From NCBI GenBank assembly GCA_965226495.1, contig OZ245365.1, forward strand, positions 2,848,001 through 2,912,000: 64,000 nucleotides of DNA, read 5' to 3'. The stretch's first letter is position 1. The number at the start of each line of letters is the position of its first letter. The translations under genes were made by a program, and so were the position numbers. Source of the DNA: Candidatus Marinacidobacterales bacterium. Lineage in GTDB: Bacteria > Acidobacteriota > Vicinamibacteria > Marinacidobacterales > DATDRI01. The notes beneath the pieces are model-generated. The model ran no database searches, was not told the DNA's origin, and saw nothing but the letters and a program-made list of their open reading frames with translations. This document shows, piece by piece, positions 10,245 through 20,560 of this stretch.

Positions 10245-11333
10245 ATGAAGAAGGTGATAATTCTCATCGGAACCCGAAAAGGCGGATTCCTTGCCTTTTC
10301 AGATCCGGACCGCAAGAAGTGGGAGCTAAAGGGTCCCTTCTTCAAAGGCACGCAAGTTCACCATATGACTTACGTCGATGGCGATTTCGGTGCCGTCTGC
10401 GCGACGGTGAAAAACGAATGGTGGGGCGCCGACGTGAGGATCTCCAAGGACCTTGGCGAGACCTGGCTGGAGCCCAAAAACGGAGTCCGGTTCGCAGAAG
10501 GAAGAGAGCTCTCCGTCGCCCAGGTGTGGATGATGAAGGGCGATCAACGCACCGGTAAGCCCATTCTATATGCGGGAGCCGATCCGGGAGCCCTCTTCAA
10601 GAGCAGCGATGGCGGCCAAAACTGGGAAGAGGTTCGCTCCTTGACCGAACATCCCACCCGCGAAAAATGGCAGCCCGGGGCCGGCGGAATGATGGTCCAT
10701 TCCATTTGCCTCGATCCGGAGAACCACGATCGGATGTTTGTCGGAATCTCAGCCGCCGGTGCGTTTCGGACCGACGACGGAGGAAAGACCTGGAGTCCCA
10801 AGAACAAGGGTGTGCGCGCCGATTTCATGCCGGACAAGTTTCCTGCGGTCGGCCAATGCGTTCACCACATGGAGATGCACTCGTCGAATCCGGCCGTCCT
10901 CTATCAGCAGAATCACTGCGGCGTCTACCGCTCGGAGAATGCGGGCGACGAATGGATCGACATCTCCGAAGGACTCCCCTCTCGGTTCGGATTCCCCCTG
11001 GCGGTCCACCCGCACGATGGAGACACTATTTTTGTGTGCCCGGCGGAGTCAGATCAGAATCGCATGTTGCCCGATGGCACCCTGCGCATCTTCCGCAGCC
11101 GCGACCGAGGAAACTCTTGGCAAACTCTTACCGATGGCCTCCCGCAAACGCAGGCCTACCAGCTCGTCTTGCGAGCCGCGATGGATACCGACACGCTTGA
11201 CCCGGCCGGCGTTTACGTAGGAATGCAGGGCGGCCAGCTGCTCGCCAGCCGCGATGAAGGCGATCACTGGGAGATTCTGTTCAACTGGTTGCCACCGGTG
11301 TATTCGGTTCAGACCGCGGTGGTCGAGGTTTAG
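10245..11333 (+). CDS. BNR/Asp-box beta-propeller protein (sialidase-like fold), no signal peptide
   Basis: LIGTRKG start; repeated SxDxGxxW Asp boxes; GQCVHH; YQQNHCGVYRS; RBS AAGGAGG. Confidence 0.85.
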   Translation: MKKVIILIGTRKGGFLAFSDPDRKKWELKGPFFKGTQVHHMTYVDGDFGAVCATVKNEWWGADVRISKDLGETWLEPKNGVRFAEGRELSVAQVWMMKGDQRTGKPILYAGADPGALFKSSDGGQNWEEVRSLTEHPTREKWQPGAGGMMVHSICLDPENHDRMFVGISAAGAFRTDDGGKTWSPKNKGVRADFMPDKFPAVGQCVHHMEMHSSNPAVLYQQNHCGVYRSENAGDEWIDISEGLPSRFGFPLAVHPHDGDTIFVCPAESDQNRMLPDGTLRIFRSRDRGNSWQTLTDGLPQTQAYQLVLRAAMDTDTLDPAGVYVGMQGGQLLASRDEGDHWEILFNWLPPVYSVQTAVVEV

Positions 11334-11358
11334 CGTCCTAAGGCAGCCAGCGGACCTA

Positions 11359-11390
11359 CCCTCACCCTACCCTCTCCCAGAGGGAGAGGG
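11359..11390. repeat. REP-like palindrome overlapping the 3' end of the FprA-type gene
   Basis: ccctcaccctaccctctcccagagggagaggg; same family as 4674 and 26479. Confidence 0.8.
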
Positions 11391-12801
11391 AATAAAGGAA
11401 GGCAGCGAGCTTACCCAAAGCTGCCAACATGTCTTCGACGGTCGTGAACTTGACTCGAGGCCGCCCTTCTTCCTTGCCCCTACTAACCTCTTTCTCGTCC
11501 AGCTTCTTCCAATCCTTCCAAGAAACGAAGTTCGGTTTTCTCTCCCGAACGAGCTTCTCGGCGGCCACCGGATCAGGCCCCGCCGGGGTGAGTGTCGACC
11601 CGTTTGCGAGATCTTCCATCATGCCGTTCACGGTCTCTAACGCGTCAGGCTTGTTGGTGCCGATGACCCCGCTGGGCCCTCGCTTGATCCAGCCTGCGGT
11701 GTAGAGTCCGGTAACGGGCTTTTTCGACCCGGGCTCGATCACTCTCCCCTTTTCGTTGAGTATCACGCCCCACTTCTCGTGGAAAGGGACACCGGGGAGC
11801 TGCACCCCACGGTATCCCACCGAGCGAAACACGAGACCGACGGGCAGCTCTTCGAAGGTTTCCGTCTCTCGAGGGCGAAGAGTTCCTGTCTCGGTGGCGT
11901 AGAGCTCGTTCTTGACAATCTTCATGCTTGCGACCTCACCGGCGGCATTGCCGATTAGCTCTACCGGTGAAACGAGAAAGCGCAGGATGAGACTTCGAGG
12001 CTTCCCTGACTCCTCGCGAGCCGCATACTCCTGAAGGATTTCCACCTTCCTCGCCGTCGACTTGTCCTCTTCCACCGATTGCTTGCTAAGCGCATCCAGC
12101 TCGGCTTCCTCGGGCAAAACGATGATGTTGGCGCCGGGCATCTCGCCGAGCTCCTTGATCTCGGGATTCGTGAACGCCGCCTGGGCCGGGCCTCGTCGCC
12201 CTAGCATGTAGACTTCCTTGATCCGGCTGCCACGCAATTCCTTCTCGGCATAATCAGCGATATCGGTCTCCGCCAGCTCCTCCGTAGTGCGGCACAGGAT
12301 CCGAGCCACGTCCACGGCAACATTTCCAACTCCAACCACCGCCGCCCGCTCCTGTGACAAATCGAACTTGCGATCTCGATAGTCAGGGTGCCCGTTGTAC
12401 CAAGCAACGAACTCGGTCGCAGCATGGCTCCCCTCGAGGTCCTCTCCAGGTATGCCGAGGCTGCGGTCGGTCTGCGCCCCGGTCGAGAAAAGGATCTGGT
12501 GGTAGTGCTTTTTCAAATCGGCCAAAGTAACGTCGGCGCCGAACTCGACGTACCCATAGAACCTAAAACTTGTTCTGTCCGCGATCCGGTCATAGGCCTT
12601 GGTAACCGATTTGATCTTCTGATGGTCCGGCGCGACACCGCCGCGCACCAAACCGAAAGGAGTCGGGAGTCGATCGTACATGTCGACCTCGATCGTTACC
12701 TCCTTTTGTTTGAACAGATGTTCCGCTGCATAGAAGCCGGTGGGGCCAGCGCCAATGATCGCGACACGAAGTGGGTTGCTTTCGCTTCCAATTTCTGCCA
12801 T
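11362..12801 (-). CDS. fprA: Adrenodoxin-reductase-type ferredoxin--NADP+ reductase (FprA family)
   Basis: GAGPTG FAD motif; PTPFGLVRGGVAPDH; GVGNVAVD NADP motif; GRRGP; GWIKRGPSGVIGTNK. Confidence 0.9.
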   Translation of the reverse strand: MAEIGSESNPLRVAIIGAGPTGFYAAEHLFKQKEVTIEVDMYDRLPTPFGLVRGGVAPDHQKIKSVTKAYDRIADRTSFRFYGYVEFGADVTLADLKKHYHQILFSTGAQTDRSLGIPGEDLEGSHAATEFVAWYNGHPDYRDRKFDLSQERAAVVGVGNVAVDVARILCRTTEELAETDIADYAEKELRGSRIKEVYMLGRRGPAQAAFTNPEIKELGEMPGANIIVLPEEAELDALSKQSVEEDKSTARKVEILQEYAAREESGKPRSLILRFLVSPVELIGNAAGEVASMKIVKNELYATETGTLRPRETETFEELPVGLVFRSVGYRGVQLPGVPFHEKWGVILNEKGRVIEPGSKKPVTGLYTAGWIKRGPSGVIGTNKPDALETVNGMMEDLANGSTLTPAGPDPVAAEKLVRERKPNFVSWKDWKKLDEKEVSRGKEEGRPRVKFTTVEDMLAALGKLAAFLYSLSLWERVG

Positions 12802-12824
12802 CTATGCTTTCCTTTAGGTCGTGC

Positions 12825-13244
12825 TCAAATCTGATCGTCCAACGTTTCCAACTCACCCTCGTATTCGTCTCGTTGCGCCTTCACGACGTCACCGATAGAA
12901 ACGATCCCGACCAGCTTGCCTTGGTCCATGATCGGCAAATGGCGAAAGCGTTTTTCGGTCATGGTGTGGAGCACCGGGCGTAAGGCGTCCTGAGGCACGC
13001 CATGGATAACGTTGATGGTCATGAGGTCTCTGACGGTTTGCGAAAACACTTGTTCGTTCTTGACCGCGGCGCGCACGATGTCTCGTTCGGAAAGGATTCC
13101 GACCGGTTGGCCTCCTTCGTCCACCGCGACCAGAGCTCCAATATTGTGCTCGGCGAGCAACGCAATTGCCTCTCTAATTGTCTGCTCAGGCCCGATGGTT
13201 ATGACTCCCATCCCCTTCTTGGCCAGGATGGCTCCAATGTTCAT
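12825..13244 (-). CDS. Tandem CBS-domain protein
   Basis: NIGALV..GILSERD; RHLPI..LVGIVSIGDVV. Confidence 0.9.
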   Translation of the reverse strand: MNIGAILAKKGMGVITIGPEQTIREAIALLAEHNIGALVAVDEGGQPVGILSERDIVRAAVKNEQVFSQTVRDLMTINVIHGVPQDALRPVLHTMTEKRFRHLPIMDQGKLVGIVSIGDVVKAQRDEYEGELETLDDQI

Positions 13245-13299
13245 GTCACACCCCCTCGCTTAGATCTCAACCGTAACACGCCGGCTGCCAACAAGCCCC

Positions 13300-13839
13300 C
13301 TAATTAGGCTCCGTCGTGTTCGGGGAGGTACCCTCCGATGGCCGCCGTTCCATGGTTCCCTGCGGTGGCGGTCGACCCGGCGGCCGCGCCACTCCCACGC
13401 CGTGACGATAAACGAGCGCGGCCCCTCGGCTCCCGGTCTCGAGCAGAAGCCACTGCCCCCCCACCGCGATAATGAGCGCTAGCAACCGAAGCCTTGTAAC
13501 CCGGAGCACTGGCTCCTTCCGATCCCGCCATAGGATTTCGAACCGGAGCAAAGCGAGCCCTATGAATGCGATCAGCACGAAAAACGCCCAATCGCTATGC
13601 TCGCCGATCAAGAGCTTCACCTCGCCCGAGACCGAGACGTACTGTTCAGCGGCGAATTTCCCCGCCGTGACAGCGGCTCCCGCCCCCAGAATTCCGAGGC
13701 CGTAGAGCGCAATCGCGGCCCGGTCCAACCAAACGAAGCGTCGCATCACGACGCACCCCAGGTCGAAGAGCAGTGCCCCTAGGAACAGGGCGATCGGATA
13801 GTGAACCAGCAGCGGGTGGAGGTTCGGTACAGATTCCAA
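13300..13839 (-). CDS. DUF2231 membrane protein
   Basis: LHPLLVHYPIA; conserved His in EHSDWA; GAALVYRHGVGV; four hydrophobic segments. Confidence 0.85.
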   Translation of the reverse strand: MESVPNLHPLLVHYPIALFLGALLFDLGCVVMRRFVWLDRAAIALYGLGILGAGAAVTAGKFAAEQYVSVSGEVKLLIGEHSDWAFFVLIAFIGLALLRFEILWRDRKEPVLRVTRLRLLALIIAVGGQWLLLETGSRGAALVYRHGVGVARPPGRPPPQGTMERRPSEGTSPNTTEPN

Positions 13840-13942
13840 AGGGATTTTCCTGGCTGAGTCTAGGTGGGAAGTACTGGCCGATCGATGTCGTCATCACGGA
13901 GGTCCAAACCTCGCCGGCCCATCAATTGTGAAAGGTACGCCT

Positions 13943-14425
13943 TTACAAGTCTTCCTCTTCTAGTATTTCCTCATAGGTCTTGACGACGCCGCCATAGTCG
14001 CCGCGAAAAGTATCCGCCGATTCTCGACCCTTGAAGGCGATCAGGCTCGGCATACACCGGTCCCAGGTCAGCTGATACTGAACCCCAGAGCGATCTTCTT
14101 CTACCATTTTCTTATGGCAGAGGTTCACCGAGCTTCCTTCCACAAAAAATGCATCGTTCGCATCGACACGTTGTCCGGTATCGAAGTCCGTGACCTCGGC
14201 GGAAGCAACGTCGGTCCGATCTCTCTGAAATCGCAGTCCGCATCGGGGGCAGCAAGCCTTTTGGGCCGCGCCATCTTCAAGGCGAATCTCGTATGCGGTC
14301 GCCTCGTGGACTGAACGGTGGCATACCTCGCACACCCCTTCGGGGCGGAGTTGCACGTAGGTGAAGTACCCGACGGATCCAGCCAGTCCCAGGAGGGCAA
14401 CAACCATTAGGATTCTCGTCGCCAT
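13943..14425 (-). CDS. Membrane-anchored NosL-like Cys-rich metal-binding protein
   Basis: N-terminal anchor; CEVCH, CCPRC, LCH, DRCMP; NosL-like tail IAF..ESADTF..YGGVV. Confidence 0.6.
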   Translation of the reverse strand: MATRILMVVALLGLAGSVGYFTYVQLRPEGVCEVCHRSVHEATAYEIRLEDGAAQKACCPRCGLRFQRDRTDVASAEVTDFDTGQRVDANDAFFVEGSSVNLCHKKMVEEDRSGVQYQLTWDRCMPSLIAFKGRESADTFRGDYGGVVKTYEEILEEEDL

Positions 14426-14536
14426 TGGTTCACCTCGCATCCAGTGGGCGGGAACACCGCCAAACGCACGCCCAGGTTACACAATCCCCCGCGGGTCGGG
14501 CAAATGCCTCACCGTCGTGTTGATTGCTGGACCGCT

Positions 14537-17500
14537 TCATCTTTCCTCAAGACCCCAACCCTTCCAGATGTAATAGATGGATGGGTACACCAGCAGGACG
14601 ACGATCACCGAAGTGACCATCCCACCTACCATCGGGGTGGCGATGCGTTTCATTACGTCTGCACCGGTTCCGTGGCTCCACATAATGGGTAGAAGTCCCG
14701 CCATGATGACGCTGGCGGTCATGATCTTGGGGCGAACGCGGGTAACTGCGCCGTGAAACACCGCTTCGACCAGATCCTTCTTGCTTCGCATCCGGCCACC
14801 GAGCACGGCGTCCTGGTAGGCGATGTCGAGGTAGAGCAACATCACGACGCCTGTCTCGGCGCTCACGCCAGCTAGCGCAATGATCCCAACCCAAACCGCA
14901 ATACTCAGGTTGTAGTCGAGCACATAGAGCAACCAGAAGGCACCGATGAGAGCAAAAGGCACCGCCAAAAGTACGATGAGCGTCTTGAAGATGGATCGCG
15001 TGTTCAAATAAATAATGAGGAACGTGATCATCAAAGTCATCGGCACGACGACCATCAGCCGCTTCTGGGCCCTCACCATGTACTCGTACTGTCCACTCCA
15101 GCTGATGCTGTAACCTGCAGGCAGGGCGATCTTCTCCGCCACCGCCTGCTGCGCCCTCTTGACATAGGTGCCCACGTCAATATTTGTGATGTCGACGTAG
15201 ATCCAGGCATTCGGTCGGGAGTTCTCGCTCTTGATCGCAGGAGGGCCCTTCTCGAATCTGAGCTCCGCCAGGTGCCCCAGCGGAATGTGCTGCCCGATCG
15301 GCGTCGCAACTAGGATTTCCCGCAGCGCGGGTAGATTGTCACGCAGTTCCCGGCTGTAGCGTAGATTGACCGGGTAGCGTTCAAGGCCCTCCACGGTCGT
15401 CGTAATATTCATGCCTCCAATGGCGGTTTGAATCACATCCTGCACATCGCCGACCGTCAGTCCGTACCGTGCGATCTCCTCCCGTTTGATGTCGATGTTC
15501 AGATAGTTACCACCCATGACTCGCTCTGAGTAAACCGAAAGGGTTCCGGGCACGTGGCGGATGACGGCTTCGATCTCCCTACCGATATTCTCGAGCGTCG
15601 TCAGATCGGCTCCTGACACCTTGATACCAACCGGGGTCTTAATCCCCGTCGAAAGCATATCGATACGCGTCTTAATAGGCATGGTCCAAGCGTTGGTCAG
15701 TCCCGGGAATTGGATGGCCTGGTTCAACTCGTTGGTCAACTTGTCTACGGTCATGCCCGGCCGCCACTCTGATTCCGGTTTGAGCATGATAGTGGTCTCG
15801 ATCATCGACAGCGGAGCCGGATCAGTTGCCGTATCCGCCCGCCCCACCTTTCCAAAGACATGACGCACCTCCGGAAACTCTTTGATGATTTTGTCGGTTT
15901 GCTGAAGTATCTGGCGGGCTTTAGTGACCGACACGCCAGGTAGCGTAGTGGGCATGTAAAGCAAGTCTCCCTCCCAGAGGGGCGGCATGAACTCGGAGCC
16001 CAGACCGGCAATGGGAATGAGAGTGCTGACCATGAGGAGTAGGGCCACCAGCAGTACCGACCACCTGAACTTCAAAACGAAATGGAGGACAGGCTCGTAC
16101 ACTCGGATCAGAACCCGGCTGATCGGATTCTTTTTTTCCGGCCTAATTCTTCCCCGAATCCAGTAACCCATGAGGACGGGAACAATGGTGACCGACAGCA
16201 AGGCGGCGGCGGCCATCGCGTAGGTCTTCGTAAACGCGAGCGGCTTGAACAGCCTCCCCTCCTGGGCTTCGAGTGTAAAAACCGGAGCGAAGGACACCGT
16301 GATCACGAGTAGGGCGTAAAAAAGGGTGGGACCGACTTCCTTGGCCGCGTCGCCTATGATTTGCCAATGCTCCTTCTGGTTACCATAGCGCTCGAGATGC
16401 TTGTGAGCGTTCTCGATCATGATGATGGCCGCATCCACCATCGCGCCAATGGCAATCGCAATTCCGCCCAAGGACATGATGTTCGAGTTGAGTCCCTGCT
16501 GTTGCATCACGATGAACGCCATCAAGATGGCCACCGGGAGGGTGAGGATCGCGACCAATGCCGAGCGCAGATGTAGAAGAAAAATGAGACAAACCAGAGC
16601 GACGACGAGGCTCTCCTCGAGAAGTTTTTCCGCGAGGTTCGCTATGGATCTTTCGATGAGGCCTGAGCGGTCGTAGACCGTCAAGATTTCAACGTCCTCC
16701 GGCAGCCCTTGTTTGAGCTCCTCGAGCTTCTCTTTGACACCTTGAATGACCTCATAAGCGTTGGCGCCAAAGCGCACCACGATGATGCCGCCAACCACTT
16801 CTCCTTCACCGTTGAGCTCTGCCAGGCCGCGACGCATGTCCGGTCCCAGTTGCACCGTGCCGACATCCTTCAAAATAATGGGCGTTCCTCTGTCATCCAC
16901 CCCGAGCGCAACATTCTTAATGTCTTCCACGTCCCGGATGTAGCCCTCCCCTCGCACCATGAACTCGGTCTCCGACATTTCGAGCACCCTGCCGCCTACA
17001 TCGCTGTTACTCCGTTGCACGGCGCTACGGATCCTCGAAATGGAAACGTTGTAAGCCCGCAGTTTGTTGGGGTCGACGGTAATCTGGTACTGCTTGACGA
17101 ATCCTCCAATACTAGCGACCTCGGAGACCCCGGGAACGGAAGTAAGCTCGTACTTCAAGAACCAGTCCTGGATACTTCGCAGGTCACCAAGATTTCGTGT
17201 TTTTGACGTCAAGACGTACTGAAAGGCCCAACCCACTCCCGTCGCATCCGGCCCCAATGTGGGACTCACACCCTTCGGCAGGCGGGCGCTAACATAGTTC
17301 ATGTATTCGAGCACCCGGCTCCGCGCCCAGTACATGTCCGTACCGTCTTCGAAGATCACATAGACGAAAGAAAACCCGAAGAACGAATATCCACGCACCA
17401 CCTTTGCGAAGGGTACCGCCAGCATCTGCGTCGTGATCGGATAGGTGATCTGATCCTCGACGACCTGAGGCGCTTGCCCCGGATACTCCGTAAAAATAAT

Positions 17501-17641
17501 CACCTGAACGTCGGATAGATCGGGAATGGCGTCTAGCGGCGTGTTGCGAAGCGCGTACAGGCCCCACAGCGTGAGAAAGAGGGTCGCCATGATGACCAGG
17601 AACTTGTTGTCGAGAGACCACTGAATAATCTTTTCGAGCAT
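14537..17641 (-). CDS. cusA: CusA/SilA heavy-metal RND permease
   Basis: DAIPDLSDVQVI, GPDATGVGW, GAMVDAAI, EFMPPL.EGDLLYMP, DPAPLSMIET (Met-triad context), RPKIMT. Confidence 0.95.
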   Translation of the reverse strand: MLEKIIQWSLDNKFLVIMATLFLTLWGLYALRNTPLDAIPDLSDVQVIIFTEYPGQAPQVVEDQITYPITTQMLAVPFAKVVRGYSFFGFSFVYVIFEDGTDMYWARSRVLEYMNYVSARLPKGVSPTLGPDATGVGWAFQYVLTSKTRNLGDLRSIQDWFLKYELTSVPGVSEVASIGGFVKQYQITVDPNKLRAYNVSISRIRSAVQRSNSDVGGRVLEMSETEFMVRGEGYIRDVEDIKNVALGVDDRGTPIILKDVGTVQLGPDMRRGLAELNGEGEVVGGIIVVRFGANAYEVIQGVKEKLEELKQGLPEDVEILTVYDRSGLIERSIANLAEKLLEESLVVALVCLIFLLHLRSALVAILTLPVAILMAFIVMQQQGLNSNIMSLGGIAIAIGAMVDAAIIMIENAHKHLERYGNQKEHWQIIGDAAKEVGPTLFYALLVITVSFAPVFTLEAQEGRLFKPLAFTKTYAMAAAALLSVTIVPVLMGYWIRGRIRPEKKNPISRVLIRVYEPVLHFVLKFRWSVLLVALLLMVSTLIPIAGLGSEFMPPLWEGDLLYMPTTLPGVSVTKARQILQQTDKIIKEFPEVRHVFGKVGRADTATDPAPLSMIETTIMLKPESEWRPGMTVDKLTNELNQAIQFPGLTNAWTMPIKTRIDMLSTGIKTPVGIKVSGADLTTLENIGREIEAVIRHVPGTLSVYSERVMGGNYLNIDIKREEIARYGLTVGDVQDVIQTAIGGMNITTTVEGLERYPVNLRYSRELRDNLPALREILVATPIGQHIPLGHLAELRFEKGPPAIKSENSRPNAWIYVDITNIDVGTYVKRAQQAVAEKIALPAGYSISWSGQYEYMVRAQKRLMVVVPMTLMITFLIIYLNTRSIFKTLIVLLAVPFALIGAFWLLYVLDYNLSIAVWVGIIALAGVSAETGVVMLLYLDIAYQDAVLGGRMRSKKDLVEAVFHGAVTRVRPKIMTASVIMAGLLPIMWSHGTGADVMKRIATPMVGGMVTSVIVVLLVYPSIYYIWKGWGLEER

Positions 17642-17662
17642 GGCTTCTTTCCGCGACCTGGT

Positions 17663-19150
17663 CTAGTTCTGGTGTTCCATCGCAGCGGGACCCGTCTGTG
17701 CAGCCCCGGTCTCCTTTTCTGAGATCATCTTCTGGATTGCCTCGTGCAGGTTGCTCTCAGAGTCGATCAAAAACTGCGACGAAACGACTACCATGTCGCC
17801 TTCCTCGAGGCCGTCCTTCACTTCCCACAATCCCCCGCCATTCACTCCCAACACGACTTCCTTGACTTGAAACCGCCCCTCGCCGCGGTCCAGCACGATG
17901 ACGTTCCGGATTCCGCTGTGTATGACGGCTTCTTCTGGGACGGCTAGGACGTTTCGCGCCGACGGCACGTCGAAAACAACGTTCGCGTACATATTGGCCC
18001 TCAGTTTCTGACCCGGGTTGGGAAGCTCGATGGAGACTTTCATAGTGCGGGTTTTTTGATCAAAAAACGGATAGATATAACGAACTCTGCCTGAGTACTG
18101 TTTGCCGGGCTCGTAGGGGAATTCGATCCGGGCGCGCTGACCGATCTTAAGCCACTCCACTTGATGCTCGAAGACCTCGACTTCAACCCAAACGGTGGAC
18201 AGATCCACGATCTTATAAAGGTTCATGCCGGCCTTGACGTGCATGCCCTCTAACGCTTGATCCATTTTTTCTACGACCAGGCCAGTCATCGGCGAGACCA
18301 CAGCCAGAGTCCTGTTGACCTCACGCGTCTCTTCCAATCTTGCTATTTGTGCGTCGCTTATGTCCCAGTATTCGAGTCGCTCACGGGCCGACTCGAGGAG
18401 GGCGCGCGCCCGCGCAGCGACATCCGGGTACTGCCCTTGCTCCATGCGTTGCGTGTAGTCCAGGGCTTGGAGGTATTCTTTTTGAGTCGTTACGAGCTGG
18501 GGGCTGTAGATCTCGAAGAGCTCTTGCCCCTTCTCGACAGGCTCGCCAACGTAGTTGACGAAAACGTTCTCGATCCAACCTTCGAACTTCGTGTTCACCC
18601 ACGTGATTTGGCCGTCGTTGTAGGTCAGAGTGCCCACGGTTCGAATGGTAAAGGGAATGTCGGTTCGTTCGAGCTGAACGGAGTCAACACCAATGTTTTG
18701 CACGAAAACCGGATCGATCCGAATGGTTCCCGGCGGCGCATCTTCGACTTCGTCCTCGTATACAGGTATCAAGTCCATCCCCATGGGGGACTTTCCTGGC
18801 TTATCCGAAATGAAGGTGGGATCCATGGGGGCCTGCCAGTACTTGACCGTGCGATCCGCCTGAGCCTCCAAGTGCTCCGTTCTGCGAGATTGCGTTCCCT
18901 TGGCCGGTACCAGCTTCATTGTGCAGATGGGGCATTCTCCGGGCTCGTCCCGAATGACCTGAGGATGCATACCGCAGGTCCAGAGTTGCTTTCTTCCGTC
19001 GCTCTCACTAGCAACCTCGTCGCCACCCAACAGAAGATGCCCCACCTGGTGCATCCATTCCCACTGAAACGGGTTCGACAGCAGAAATGTGGTGAGGAGG
19101 ACGCCTAGCGCAAAGCTGAACAAAACAAAGAAGACGCCCTTTTTCTTCAT
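17663..19150 (-). CDS. cusB: CusB-type periplasmic adaptor with N-terminal heavy-metal-binding domains
   Basis: WTCGMHP..GECPICTMKL; YWQAPMDP..KPGKSPMGMDL; YSPQL; SQFLIDSES. Confidence 0.9.
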   Translation of the reverse strand: MKKKGVFFVLFSFALGVLLTTFLLSNPFQWEWMHQVGHLLLGGDEVASESDGRKQLWTCGMHPQVIRDEPGECPICTMKLVPAKGTQSRRTEHLEAQADRTVKYWQAPMDPTFISDKPGKSPMGMDLIPVYEDEVEDAPPGTIRIDPVFVQNIGVDSVQLERTDIPFTIRTVGTLTYNDGQITWVNTKFEGWIENVFVNYVGEPVEKGQELFEIYSPQLVTTQKEYLQALDYTQRMEQGQYPDVAARARALLESARERLEYWDISDAQIARLEETREVNRTLAVVSPMTGLVVEKMDQALEGMHVKAGMNLYKIVDLSTVWVEVEVFEHQVEWLKIGQRARIEFPYEPGKQYSGRVRYIYPFFDQKTRTMKVSIELPNPGQKLRANMYANVVFDVPSARNVLAVPEEAVIHSGIRNVIVLDRGEGRFQVKEVVLGVNGGGLWEVKDGLEEGDMVVVSSQFLIDSESNLHEAIQKMISEKETGAAQTGPAAMEHQN

Positions 19151-19157
19151 CGTGACC

Positions 19158-20513
19158 TCACCTCGGAAACTTGGTCCCCACGGCCCGCTCTAGATCCGCG
19201 AGAGCCGTGAGATGATCCGAGTAATGACGCGCGTTCATGAGACGCACGTCTAGCAAGACGCGTTCGCTATCTAGAAGTTCGAGCACGCCGAGTTGGCCCG
19301 TCTCATACGCCGCCTCCGTGGAGCGAAGAACCTCCTCGGCCTGGACAATCAAGACGTTCTCGAACAATCGCACCTGCTCCTGGAGTGTCTCGACCCGAAT
19401 CACCTGATCCCGGATGGAGAACTCCATTTCATTGCGAACGGTCGCGTAGTTGCTTCGCTGCGCGGACAGCTCCGCCGCGGCCTGTTGTACACCGCCATCG
19501 TACTTGCCTTGCCAAATCGGGATGGTGATGCCAACGCCAAGGCTAAAGGCGTTCTTGCCGTTATCGGAAGGGGGTTGCATAACCCCGGCAGGATCGTCCC
19601 GCTTGCCGACGTTGATGAAACCCGCACTCACCATGAAATCTGGCCACGGCTCTTTCTTTGCAAGATCGATGGATCGCTCGCCGCGTTCGATCAAGGCGGC
19701 TGCGGCTTTGAGCTCCTGACGATTCGCCTCGCCGAGCTCATAGAGCTCTTCGAGATTCAGGGCAACGCTCGGAAGGCTGGTGAGCGCGACCCTCGGCAGG
19801 GGCTCATGGGGGGGGCGGTCCATCAATGTGTTCAGATTGCCCACGAGGGACACTCGCTGCCGGTTGAGGGTGTTTAGCCGATCAATAACCCTGGTGATCT
19901 CGGCCTGTAGCTTTATCACCGCTTGTTGCAAACCTTGTCCGGTGGCATAGCGCGTCTGAGCCAACCCCTCGTAGTGCTCCAACAACGATCTGTCTTCCTC
20001 GGCGATTCGGACCGCAGCGTCCACATAGCCGAGCCCGTAGTACGCCTTCTTGACGCGAGCAATGACTTCTCTTTGCCGAGCCATGTAGAGTTGGTCCCAT
20101 GCCGCGGCTTCCTGCGTCGCGACCTTTCCTCGAAGGTCGAGCGTTCCAAACCAAGGGAATGCCTGGCTCAGCGTGAAACTGTTCACCTGGGGGCCGACGC
20201 GCGTCTCCACGGAACGAATGGCTTGGTTGAAACCAAACATTGGGTCGGGAAGGTCGCTCACTTGTGGCACTTTCTCGACTGCCGCCTGGTAGCGGGCCAA
20301 CGCCTCTTGAATGGAAGGATTCCCCGCGAGCGCCTCTTGTATGTAGGCCCGGAGTGTCGCTTCCTCGGTATAGAAGTCGGCTTGCCCTTGCCGAACTCCC
20401 GTGCCCGGAGTTTCAGGCTCGGCTTGGGCGCCATCGACGCGACTCGAAAGTAGCCAGGCCGATAGGCCGAGTATTAGGAACAACCCTCTCCGGCCGTAGT
20501 TGTGTGATTTCAC
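19158..20513 (-). CDS. TolC-family outer-membrane efflux channel (CusC role)
   Basis: LPDPM, SQAFPWFGTL, YETGQLGVLELLD, LERAVG; first gene of the RND operon. Confidence 0.9.
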   Translation of the reverse strand: MKSHNYGRRGLFLILGLSAWLLSSRVDGAQAEPETPGTGVRQGQADFYTEEATLRAYIQEALAGNPSIQEALARYQAAVEKVPQVSDLPDPMFGFNQAIRSVETRVGPQVNSFTLSQAFPWFGTLDLRGKVATQEAAAWDQLYMARQREVIARVKKAYYGLGYVDAAVRIAEEDRSLLEHYEGLAQTRYATGQGLQQAVIKLQAEITRVIDRLNTLNRQRVSLVGNLNTLMDRPPHEPLPRVALTSLPSVALNLEELYELGEANRQELKAAAALIERGERSIDLAKKEPWPDFMVSAGFINVGKRDDPAGVMQPPSDNGKNAFSLGVGITIPIWQGKYDGGVQQAAAELSAQRSNYATVRNEMEFSIRDQVIRVETLQEQVRLFENVLIVQAEEVLRSTEAAYETGQLGVLELLDSERVLLDVRLMNARHYSDHLTALADLERAVGTKFPR

Positions 20514-20544
20514 CCAAGCCTCCCTCTTCAGTACTCAAAGGAAA

Positions 20545-20560
20545 AGCAAACAGTGTGCCA
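20545..20560 (-). promoter_or_regulatory. Sigma54 (-24/-12) promoter of the tolC-cusB-cusA operon
   Basis: Minus strand TGGCAC-actgt-TTGCT, exact RpoN consensus, 31 bp upstream of the GTG start. Confidence 0.85.

Noticed and set aside
13943-14425. Nitrous oxide reductase cluster
   Set aside because: No nosZ/D/F/Y in the window; the context is copper efflux.
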